Positions 53,301-64,000 of a stretch of DNA of 64,000 bases are shown piece by piece. Positions within the stretch are counted from its first letter, which is position 1; each line of letters starts with the position of its first letter. This DNA is from Callorhinchus milii. Taxonomy: Eukaryota. The notes beneath the pieces were generated by a model, which made no database searches, was not told the origin of the DNA, and saw only the letters and a list, made by a program, of their open reading frames with translations. The translations under genes were made by a program, and so were the position numbers. The stretch is from positions 4,838,001 through 4,902,000 of the forward strand of contig NW_024704743.1 of assembly GCF_018977255.1 (NCBI RefSeq), given 5' to 3'.

Positions 53301-56300
53301 CTATTTTGTACACAGCAAAGTTTCCAAAATAGCCACAAGGTAAGTGACTTATTTAATTGGAGAATTAATTAATGGTCCTGGCACCAGAAGAAATACCCTT
53401 CTCGTTTCCAATAGCACCACGAGTTCAACACCCACTGGAATTACAGGCAGACGGGACCTTGGTTTAACGTCTTATCCGAAGCACATCACCTCCGGCAATG
53501 AAATATTTCTCCGGCACTGCACCGGCATGTCACCCTGGTCTAGATCTCAAATACCTATACTGCTACTGACTAAGGCTGTGTGATAGTGTTTGTTTTTATG
53601 TTGGCTTCCACACGTGAAACAGCTTTTCTTCTGGCAAAATTATCATTTATTGCTAGAGAAGAAATAAGTCAAGACCAGACAAGATCACACACTGATTTGT
53701 GCTGCAATTGTACAAAAGTTATTTTATCATTGCCCATATTAGTTCAACAAGGAGACAAACTGCTAATCGCCGAATATTTCTTTACTGGTAGCTCACAATT
53801 CTACATTGTACAGAGGACGTGATTTTATCAGGTACTAACTATATTCTTTCCCCATCTGTCTGGCAGTAGTTGGTGTCCAGGTTCAATTTCACTACTTACT
53901 GAGCTTACGATTGGTAAAAAAATAAAGGCAATAAAGCTGCCAATCACGAGGTCATTTGGAAGTACAACGCCAGCATGTGACATATATATATTTTCACGTC
54001 AGTACTAAAAATCGGTTATGGACAAGGCATTCTCGGCTACATGAAGACTATAGGACTTTTTTTAAATATAAAAACAATTGACATCCAAGACCAAATTTAT
54101 ATGAATTCTACAAACTGGAAAACAAATATTGTAATCAAGAAAACCACAATTCTTTTTAAAATTATGCTATACTTTTAAACTTGTGAAGATCTGCGTTCAA
54201 AGCATTCATTAATTATAAACTAGTTTTCGCTAAGACAGTACACTTTAAAACATTACTCATAAAGGTTTGTGCATGAAACACTACTTTTTTTTCTAAAGTT
54301 CTCTGCGATATAAGCACAAAGCCCTGGTTCATGGCATCTACACAATTAGAGTTTAATAAAGGGCAGCATCCCGTTCGGTTTAGGAGAGATTTACAACAGT
54401 GGCTGGAGATCTAAAGCCAACACAGTACCAAAGTATCTAAATGCACGTTATTGTCGTTGTTGCTTAATATCCTTGGTATAATGTCTTTCATGTTGGGAAG
54501 ATGTCCTGAAGTGTTTCACAGAACAAAGTGTGTGTTTTGTGGGCGAAATCCGTTTTCATATGGTTTCACTCGAAGATGAAAGCTGGTGTTCAGAGTCTAC
54601 TCTGTGGAAAACATATGTCACTGCTATTCTTAATATGGTTTATATTTTATTAATGTGTGCGTGTGTGGAAACCGCACTCCTCGCTGTGATAAAAGTAACG
54701 CCGATCACTCAGCAACTTAGAAAGCCAACGGAGCTTGGCTGGGAACTCGCTGTCCGTTTCACGCACCACTGCTTCAGATGACACTCGCGCTTTGCAGATT
54801 CCAAGCTGTGCTACTGAAGGACAATACTTTTTATTTAATACTGTACGTACTGTATATGTGGAAGCGCACATTCGTTCATTAAAGGAATCAGCTGAGGTAT
54901 CTTACTGGCGGAACCATCACGTTCGATTTCCTTTTCGTGAATTCTGAAGGATTCTGTAATGAAGCTGTTAAATAAGCTGCAGACAACACCCCTCCCTCCC
55001 GCCCCCCTCTCCCCCCTTCTCCTGTAGGACTGGTGTCTGTGGTTAAGAGAGACTTCATTGCAAAGAAAGAACGACATGAGTTTCACTGGTGCCACCTGAT
55101 GAGCGGGTGACCCAGGCACAGCAGCGGGTGTAAGGCAGCCACATGGCAGGAGAAGGGTGGGTGGTGTGAAGGAGAGATACGGAAGATATTGTTATATGTT
55201 GTTATGCAGTTAATTCACTTTACAGTCTGTTCTGTGAAGCACTTTGAGACGTCTAGAAGATGTGAAAAGCGCTATATCAAATGCAAGGATTATTATTATT
55301 ATTATTAGCTGCGTTCGCTCACAAAATGCAGTCACTACCCTTACAGCAGTCGTGGCCAACCTCTTTGGTTGGTAACCAAATAATTGTTTCTTGATTGAAT
55401 ATTTCTTGATTCATGGCCACATTATACATATTGCTAATTAGTAGTGATTGGAAACAAAGTCTTGATTCAACACAGACTACCCAGACTAATGCAAATGTTT
55501 TGCGAACCACTGCTTGATGCCCCCGCAGGCCACTTTTGGCCCACGAGCCGTAGGTTGACCACCTCTGCCTTACAGTACAATTTGCGAGATGATTTGAGAT
55601 GTGACTTGGTAGACACTGGATCAAATGTAAAGATTATTTTTATTAACGAAGGAACGGAAGGAAGTTTATTCTTTCCAAACCACATACGTTTGTAGCTGAA
55701 ACTGTCAATCTTATACAAATTAATTTTGTGGCAATAATATTAACAACATGCATAAGTACACTATTGTCAGGAAGAGATCGAATTGGGCATCAGTGTGTGT
55801 CACACACCTGAATCCTTAGAAGAAATTTAGCAGATTAAAATTAGCTGTGAATGTGTCCTTCGATAATTACTGTTGGCATCTGCTTGATCCGATCCTATCT
55901 ATTAACGGTTGTAATTAATGTTTTAGTGTGTTTTATGTAGAAGTGGGGACCTCAAGGTGATTAAAGCTCCACCTTGTACTTTCAAATCCATTAATCTGAC
56001 ATAAAATATGTAAAAGTATTCATTATCGGCAGAGTGCAATCCTATTAGGTATAATAAGTTAAAGCAGATGCAGAAAAGATTATAACGAGTGAATGCAAAA
56101 CTGAAACAAATATTACACACATGGCTGTTTGTGGGACATTGCAGTGCACAAATTGACTGCCCACATTTGCTTACAAAATACACAGTTAGCAGGCCACAAT
56201 CGATCTTGTGAAAGTCTTCCTACGACGTGAAATACACTATATCAAATGTAGGGATTATTATTATCATTTGTTTAAAAAGGAATTAAATAGATGCTTGAAA

Positions 56301-56424
56301 AATAGGAATATTAAATGGTATATTCCACACCCAAACTCAATTAGACTAAAACTAAGCAGCTCCCTTAAAATTTTAGTTCTGAGCAAATTGCCAAATCAAA
56401 TGTCTGGATCAAGTCGTTTGATTT

Positions 56425-57660
56425 ATAATAATAATATAATAATAATAATCCTTGCATTTGATATAACGCCTTATCACGTCTTGGAGACGTTTCACGAAAT
56501 ATACTGTGAAATGAATTGACTGTATATTTTGTGGGTGAATCGCGGCAGCCAATTGCGCACAGCAGCGTCCCACAAACAGGAGGGATTATTACCTCCAGAA
56601 AGTGATCTGCCAATCAACTAACAATCGGGTCCCTATAAGAACATAAGAACATAAGAATTAGGAGCAGGAGTAGGCCATTTGGCCCCTCGAGCCTGTGCCC
56701 CGCCATTTGATAAGATCATGGCTGATCTTCAGACCAACTCTAATTACCTGCCGTATCCCCATATCCCCTAATCCCTCTATTTTTAAAAAATCTATCAGTC
56801 TCAGCCTTGAAGATGTTCAAAGACTGAGCATCTACAGCCTTCTGGGGTAGTGAATTCCATAAATTTACTTCCCTCTGAGTGAAGAAATGTTTCCTCAATT
56901 CTGTTCTAAAAGGCTGACCCTTAATTTTATGACTGTGGCCCCTGGTTATAGATTCTCCCACCAGGGGAAACAGTCCCTCAGTGTCTACTTTATCCGCCAT
57001 TTAAGAATCTTATATGTTTCAATAAGATCTCCCCTAATTCTTCTGTACTCTAGAGAACATAGCCCTAGTTTATTCAGCCTATCCTCATAGGTCAGTCCCC
57101 TCATCCCAGGAACTAACCGAGTGAATCTACGCTGCACCCCCTCCAGAGCAAGAATGTCCTTTTTTAAATAAGGAAACCAAAACTGCACACAATACTCTCG
57201 GTGCGGTCTCACTAAGGCCCTATACAGTTGCAGCAAGATTTCCCTACTCTTGTACTCTAAACCTTTTGCAATAAACTCTAACATGGCGTTCGCCTTCTTA
57301 GTTGCTTGCAGCACCTGCAAACTAACTTTTTGAGACTGGAGTACAAGGACACCCAAATTCCTCTGCACTCTAGCACTATCTAATCCCTTCCCCCTCTTGA
57401 AAATAATCTGTTTTTCTATTTTTTCTACCTAGATGAATAACTTCACACTTCCCCACATTAAATTCCATCTGCTACCTACTCACCCACTCTCCTAGCCTAT
57501 CTATATCCCGTTGCAATCTTTTTGCATCATATTCCTATTGCTAGGAAACAGCGGTGTGTGGAGTAAGGAAACTTCCCTTAGGTTACATCCCACCTGGGAA
57601 TCAAATCTGGGTCTTCTCGCTTGCGAGACGAGCGCTCTAACCACTATGCTATGGGACTCC
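56425..57660 (-). mobile_element. Long-variant SINE split by a CR1 insertion (parts 56425-56636 and 57534-57660)
   Basis: The SINE sequence stops at gggtccctat and resumes at ttcctattgctagg, running on to the head end ggactcc. Confidence 0.85.
56636..57530 (-). mobile_element. Relatively young CR1 LINE 3' end
   Basis: ORFs 56985..57368 and 56740..57000 (LYRALVRPH.EYCVQFW.P, LEGVQRRFTRLVPG, RGDLIETYKIL, RKHFFTQR.VNLWNSLP). 3' tail (TTCTTATG)n. Confidence 0.93.
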
Positions 57661-58494
57661 ACATTGGATTTAAGTCCTGCAAAACGCCACCTGCCTGAAG
57701 GATGCTATATAAATGCAAGTTGTTGTTGCTGTTGATGTCTTTTTTTTCAGTAATGCTGATTTTTTGATTTAAATGTAAAATGTATCCATTCGCCATCTGA
57801 AGAGAGAAGTGAAATTTGCCACCTTTCAGGCCCAGAAATAGCCTTGGCCAGGTCTAAGCCTGGCAATCGAAATTAAACTCCTTATATTCCTTTACAGTTG
57901 TGCCAATAACGTGTGGTTTTCTGCTCCCAATTTCTCCTGTGGTGGCAATGTCAACCTCAGTGGAAGCTGAGTGGAAGCTAAAGTGCTTCCCCACAAGGAA
58001 GCAGAGAAAACCAACTAAGTGGGTGCTAACAACCTTTGCCACTTTTAATTAGATGCTGTTTGTGATTGTGAGAGAAGAAATATCTTACGAAAATGGAGCT
58101 CACTTTTTTTTCGGATGTGCATCTGAAGTGATGAAATTGAAATAATAATAATTTGATGTTGTGCCTTCTTTTCCTCATCTGCAAGCTCCCTCTTGGTGAT
58201 GTCATCCGCAGACATGGGGGTCAACTTCCACATGTTACGTGGATGACGCCCAAATCTACTTCCCCTCCTCCAGCTGCGACTGCCAGTCCGATGTTTAAGT
58301 GTCAGATAGTTTGACGGACATCAAGGCCCGGATGAGATCCACTATACACAAAATACAATGAATTCAAAACTCCACCGCCTGGATACTCACCTGCACAAAA
58401 CTCTGTACCCCCATCACACCAGTCCTTGCCAAGCTCCACTGGCTCCCAGTTACCAAGTCCAAAATCCTCTCATTTGTTTCCATGTCAGGATTTG

Positions 58495-58830
58495 GAACTC
58501 ATAGAGTCTGAGCTGACACTCCAATGCAGTGTTGGGGGCTGTGTTGCATTGTCGGAGATGCCGTCCTATGGATGAGACGTTAAACACAAGGTCCTGCCTG
58601 GCTGGTTAGGTGGACAGTAAATAACCCACTCTTCGAAAAGAGAAGGGAGTCTCTCCTTGAATCCTGGCCAACAGTCCCCCAAATAGGTCACTCACTCCAT
58701 GGCTGTTTGTGGGACTTGCTGTGTGCAAATTGCCTGCCGTGTTCGCCTACAAAATACACACAGTTACTACCACCTTATAATGTATACACTGAAGCGTTTT
58801 GAGATGCCTCAACAGCATAATGAGGTGCTC
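58495..58830 (+). mobile_element. Old DeuSINE (SacSINE1-like) body
   Basis: gatgagacgttaaac...ggtggac...cctggccaac...gctgtttgtgggacttgctgtgtgcaaattg. Confidence 0.7.
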
Positions 58831-59654
58831 TCGGATTACAACATCCACCTGACCAAGTGGGACCTTGGTTTAATGTCTCATCCACAGGATTGCATCTCCA
58901 CTAGCACCATATTAGAGGGTCAGACTTGGCTGTGAGTTCAAAGTACCGACATTGGGCTTGAACCAAGAACCTTCTGACTCAGAGATGAGATTGCCAGGCC
59001 GAAGTAAGCAATCATACCAGTCGTATCAGAGTAAAGTGTCAGTGGAGATATAGGAATAGGGCAGGAATGTCCAAGTGTTGGGGTGGGGGAAGGAGAGGAG
59101 AAAACTAAGATAAGGCATCATTGAGAAAGCTTGAGCAGTCATTCAACAATAGCTGAGATGATCATCAATCATCATTTTCCTTCTGCTTTTCTATCTTTTG
59201 TTTTTTCACCACATCGCACCTACATGACACACTGGTCACCTTCTGCCAAGTAGTTTATTCAGTGGCGCAAAACACTGTTTCAAAACATTGAATAAACAGC
59301 GGACTGAACAAACAGAAACGCAATAGCAAATGATTTCCTAGACTTCCTGCGTGCCAAGTTTGTATCAGGGAAACAGCTTTGTTGTTCTTACTGTGGTGTA
59401 CAATGCCATTACATAACCTAAATGGCACCAAGGCTGTTGATAACCCCTGACTAAAACAGTTCATAACCTTCAGCAATAAAAAGGTTCATATTTTCTCTTA
59501 CAAAAATCAAAGCTTCCGTTGTTTTTGAGTTAGATATCACTTATTGCGGTTCAAAGGTTTTGTAATAAGAAATGAGGCTATCAACATCAATACACAGCTT
59601 CAAGTTCACAATAAATTAACTATGGAACGCGTTAGTTCTACCAACTGAGCCAGG

Positions 59655-60045
59655 TATCAGCAGTTGGTGGGTTTCATACGGATTATGGTGGTGATGAGAG
59701 AGGAGGGGGAGACGGGTTCAAAGGTGTGGAGGGAGGGGTGGGTAGGGGCTGGGGTGGGAGGAGGAGATGGGAAAGTGTAGAAGTTGCAGTGGCAGAGGCA
59801 GCTGAGCGGATTCCCTTTGACTTTGGATTTGAGGAAGTCCAGCATCGTCTCGCAGTTGACAGTTGAGGTGATGATGGGTGAGGCATGAGAGGGTGGGCGG
59901 AGGAGTCGGTTTGTGATGGAGAAGAGGAGCCTGGGGTTGTCCTTAGCCTCCAAGATTGTCTTGGAGTAGAACGACGGTTTAGGGGAGGCAAGAGCGCAGC
60001 GGTAGGATTTGACATGGTCCAGCCAGATCTGCCATGAAGAAACAG
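59655..60045 (-). mobile_element. L2 ORF2 internal fragment
   Basis: WLDHVKSYRCAL...FYSKTILEAKDNPRLLFSITNRLLRP, resembling the L2 endonuclease-RT linker. Confidence 0.75.
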
Positions 60046-60239
60046 CCATGAAGTGAATAACCAATTTTATATGGTTGGATTATGTGCTATATATTAGGCC
60101 AATTATCAAAGTGTTTTCGTGCTTGAGTTTCATTCAGATAATGGTATTCAATGGTGGGGTTTGATTGGGGTTGAAGATTTCTTTTATATAAACTTAGCAA
60201 GTTTCGTGGCAAATGAAGATCAGCCCTCAATCAAACTTC

Positions 60240-60865
60240 ATTTTCCGTGGCATATCCGTGCCATGACCCGCTCTGCCTTCCCCCACCTCCGCAACGTCAC
60301 CCGGCTCCGCCACTGCCTCTCCCCTCAGACCGCCAAAACCCTCATTCACGCATTTATCACATCTAGGCTGGACTACGCCAAATCCCTGCTTGTCGGCCTT
60401 CCCTACTCTTCCCCCCACAAGCTGCAGATTATCCGGAACTCTGCAGCTCCCGCACCAGGCTCCGTGACCCCATTCCCCCCCACCCTCCCCCGGCTCCACA
60501 GGGCTCCCCATGCCCCATAGGATAAAATACTTCAAAACATGGTCTTGTTCCATCCTACCTCTGTGATCCGTTAACCCCATATCAACCTGACCACATCCCC
60601 CGCCCGGCCCGCACCACCACCTGCGATCGGGCCTTCAGCGACTCTGGCCCCACCCTTTTGAACTCCATCCCACAGTCCCTTCGCTTTGCTCCATCCTTTG
60701 CCTCCTTCAAGCCTCAAGACCCACTTCTTAGCCCGCGCCATTGGCCAACCCCTCCCACGCCCTGCCCTCCGCCCTCCCTGATCCCAACCCCCCTACTCAG
60801 GTCCAATCCCTGACTGTCCAGCGCAGAAAAACGCTTTACAAATGTAATTTGTGGTTGTTGTTGGT
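60240..60865 (+). mobile_element. L2 LINE 3' end
   Basis: HIRAMTRSAFPHLRNVTRLRHCLSPQTAKTLIHAFITSRLDYAKSLLVGLP. Confidence 0.9.
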
Positions 60866-62179
60866 TTCCAGACATAGAACTGAGATGAAAATGGTATTCG
60901 GGAAATCAAAGACAGATTGAAGCAGACATGGAGAAAGACTGAAGGTCACACTTCTAAGTGTAGCCTCTCAAAGCTGTTGGTCAGAAATCCCAAAGCAAAC
61001 AGGTGCTGACAGTGCTCGTCGGGAGTACTTACGCCTTTACAGGCGGAACCAAATTAAAACAAACAAAAACAAACGCACAAATTAACAGTGTGTCTCTGAA
61101 AATAAGCGAGAAGCCTTCATCAAACTGCTACAACCTGTTTATAACAAGCACCAGAACACAAATCAAGGAGCGATCAGGAGTCAGATTTATCACCAAACAC
61201 AACCGGACAGATCGCAAACCAGTTTTTAGATTTGGAGTTGAGATAAATCACATGGTCACTCTGAGGAAAGCAGCAGGTGCTCTTGTGAAGATGGGAATAA
61301 GGCACATTGTTGGCACACAGTGGAGAAGTTTGCTCTATTAATGCTACGAGCTCAGGAAAAAATACAAAAAGGCACAAACAAAGCAGCAGTGTCCAGTTGG
61401 CAGCAAAACAAAACGGTCCAAACACAGACCTCCACCAACCTCTGGCTTCATCCAGACTCACTGTGGGATCCCACTGAACAACTGCTGGACTGGATGACAA
61501 GTTGAGAAAATATCCAGATGTGAAATTTAGAGTTACGTACATTGAGACACATTACAATCCCATTCAAACAAATGTAGCTATGCTTATTTCCAGCAACCTT
61601 GGGCTGTCCTCCCGACGTGAAAGGCGCTATACAAATGTAATTTGTTGACGCTGTTTTTTGGAGACAGTCATCAGTCGCAATCAGTTCTATTTTTTTTAGA
61701 ACCGTTAGAAATTTATAGCACAGAATTCAACCATCGTATGTGCTGGCTCTTTTAAGAGCATTACATACAGTCCCTTTTCCCCCATACCCAGTAGTTGACT
61801 CATTTTTAGGTATTTATCTGGTCCCCCTCTAGACTAGTTTTGTACCAAGAGGAATGTGTTTTGCTTCTGATGCCAATCACTGAAGTAACAGGTGCATTGA
61901 ATAGAAATATGAGCTATGGGTGGGATTGGAGCTAACCCTGGAATTCGGGTTTGCGTTGGTGCTGGGGAAGTGGTTAGGATGATGGTTGGAGCTAGTATCA
62001 GGTTGAGATAGGGTGAAGATGAGTTTGGATTGAGATCAGGGCTAAAATTAGTATACAGTTGGACTGAGAATTGGGCTTGGGTATTCAGTCAGGAGAAATG
62101 TTGGATCAGGAAGAAGGCTGAGAATGAGATTTTGAAGACATGGTGCAGGATGGAGTTGGGATGAGGTTGGTGATGAAAC

Positions 62180-62395
62180 TGGAATGCACTGCTTGAAACG
62201 TCGGTGGAAGTAGATTTGATAAAAACTTTCAAGATTAGGAGTGGTTAGATGTTCGGGGAGGACAGTTTTGCAAGGCTATGGGGAGAGTACGGGGGAGTGG
62301 GATTAATTTGGATTGCTCTTTCAAATAGCCGGCAAGGGGACGTTGGGCCGAATGGGCTCCTTCGGTGCTGTATAATTCTATGATTCTATGATTAG
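62180..62395 (+). mobile_element. CR1 3' end fragment
   Basis: gggccgaatggg...gctgtataattctatgattctatgatt tail. Similar fragments near 6790, 18565, 37960, 41850, 49230-49695 and 61705. Confidence 0.75.
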
Positions 62396-62902
62396 GGTGA
62401 GTCTTGGGCCTGTGGGTTGGGATGGCAATTAGATTTCATGTTTAAGGTGAGGATTTGGGTAAGAGTTACTGTATACCTATGGTTGAGATGAGTGTATCAC
62501 TCTACCTTCCTCGTCTTGTCCCTTGCTTCTCCATCTGCAGGTCACGTCTGAAGATGCGCTCCGAGACGCTACCCTGCGTGAAGGGCGCTATATAAATGCA
62601 AGTTGTTGTTGATGTGCCTGAAAACTTCCTCTTCGACCGTGCCTACCGGTCACCTCCCCCTCCACCCAGCTCGGCAATAGGCTCTACTACTTTTAAGCGC
62701 TCTGGGACGCGAGTGAGGGGCGCTCTATAAACGCAAGATGTTGTTGTTGGTATGTGGGGGAGAGTGCAGTTTGTGGTGTGGGTTGTGTTAGGGCTGAGAG
62801 TAGGGTGAGGGCTTGAGAGTTGTGTGAAGGGTTGTTAGTAGTTGGGGTTGCGACCTGGCTTGAGATCGGGCTGAGGGGTTGTGTACAGGGTTGTGAATCC
62901 AC

Positions 62903-63064
62903 AACTGTTTGAGGGACATTGTTGTGCGCAATTGACTGCCCCGTTTTTGCCCACAAAATATATAGTCAATTACACTTTACAGTATATTCTGTGAAGCGCT
63001 TTGAGATGTCTTGAAGAGGTGATAAGGCGCTATATCAAATGCAAGGATTATTATTATTATTATT
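62903..63064 (+). mobile_element. SINE 3' half
   Basis: Core and (att)n tail. Confidence 0.85.
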
Positions 63065-63532
63065 AGGTTGTGCTTGTGGTTGAGATGAGGTTGTGTTTGG
63101 GGGTTGAGGGTTGTGTTTTGGGGTGAGATGAGGTTGTGTTTGAGGTTAAGTTTGGGGGTGAGATGAGGTTGTGTTTGGGGTTGAGATTGGGGTGAGATGA
63201 GGTTGTGTGTGGGGATGGTGAAGGGTTGTGTTTGGGGTGAGATTGGGGGTGAGATGAAGTTCTGTTTGGAGGTGAGATGAGGTTGTGTTTGGTGGGGGGA
63301 AGGGGTTGTGTTTGGGGGATGAGGGGTTGTGTTTGGGGGTGAGATGAGGTTGTGTTTGGGGGGGTGAAGGGTTGAGTTTGGGGGTGAGATGAGGTTGTGT
63401 TTGGGGGGGGTGAGGGGTTGAGTTTGGGGGTGAGATGAGGTTGTGTTTGGGGATGAGATGAGGTTGTGTTTGGTGAGGGTGAGGGCTTGAGATTGGGGGT
63501 GAGATTAGGTTGTGTTTGGTGAGGGTGAGGGT
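63065..63532 (+). repeat. G/T-rich minisatellite, units of about 20-23 bp (gagatgaggttgtgtttgggggt / gaagggttgtgtttgggggt)
   Basis: Direct tandem repetition running into the assembly gap. Confidence 0.9.
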
Positions 63533-63557
63533 NNNNNNNNNNNNNNNNNNNNNNNNN
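63533..63557. other. Assembly gap (25 N)
   Basis: Run of N. Confidence 1.
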
Positions 63558-63669
63558 GTGTGCGTGTGTGTGGTTTTTTTGGCTTCGTGTCTTCATTGAG
63601 GCCTGAGAGGGAGAGAGGGGGGGAGAGAAGACTGAGGCTGGAGGGGGGTTGTCTATGTGGAGATTTGGC

Positions 63670-64000
63670 CTGAGACACAGACACACACAGACTGGGGGAG
63701 ACCAGACTAGACTGGGCAGACTGACTGACTGTCTGACTGACTGAGAAAGATTGAAGAGGGACAGACAGACAGTGAGACTGACTGAGACAGAAGGAGAGAA
63801 AGAGCAGAAAGAAAGAGCGAGACAGACAAACTGACTGAAAAAGATTGAGAGACAGACAGAGACTGGGACAGAGAGAGAGAGAGAGAGAGAGAGAGGCAGA
63901 CAAACTGACTGAGAAAGATTGAGAGGGACAGAGAGAGAGAGAGAGAGAGAGAGGCAGACAAACTGACTGAGAAAGATTGAGAGGGACAGAGAGAGAGAGA
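63670..64000 (+). repeat. (GA)n/(GACT)n/(GACA)n low-complexity array with a repeated higher-order unit
   Basis: (ga)n-ggcagacaaactgactgagaaagattgagagggaca is repeated at the window end. Confidence 0.9.

Noticed and set aside
55094..55120. CTGATGA followed by a small stem
   Set aside because: It lacks the downstream GAAA and stems I and III.
59655..60865. Oppositely oriented L2 pieces as a single twin-primed 5'-inverted insertion
   Set aside because: They are separated by about 200 bp of unrelated sequence and I saw no target-site duplication, so independent insertions are equally likely.
857..63064. Recurring near-identical sequences that could suggest a CRISPR-like array
   Set aside because: They are dispersed in both orientations with irregular spacing in a spliced eukaryotic locus, which fits retroposons.
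63063..63961. Longest ORFs in the track (207 aa, 132 aa, 84 aa)
   Set aside because: Low-complexity translations of tandem repeats; the two longer ones also cross an N gap.

Overview
This is AT-rich vertebrate genomic DNA. The repeat content points to a cartilaginous fish, probably a holocephalan such as the elephant shark (inference). The only protein-coding gene I can support is ZMYND11 (BS69) on the minus strand. Nine coding exons, from the start ATG at 28675 down to 3663, splice in frame to 950 nt (316 codons + 2 nt). They encode the N-terminal winged-helix region, the PHD finger, the bromodomain, the zinc finger and most of the PWWP domain. The remaining exons lie left of the window, and the non-coding first exon(s) must lie right of 28696. 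The rest is intron or upstream DNA packed with a young tRNA(Ala)-like/Deu-core SINE family, older DeuSINE relics, L2 and CR1 LINE fragments, Penelope-like remnants and a terminal G-rich minisatellite. The most notable unexplained features are: (1) minimal hammerhead-ribozyme motifs in Penelope-like remnants; (2) a perfect 112-bp inverted duplication fused to a truncated SINE; (3) a cluster of splice-site-flanked candidate microexons in intron 5; (4) a rare GAG acceptor on the PHD exon; (5) CpG-enriched candidate alternative promoters. Repeat boundaries are approximate and were read by eye. Exon numbering assumes a single upstream non-coding exon.
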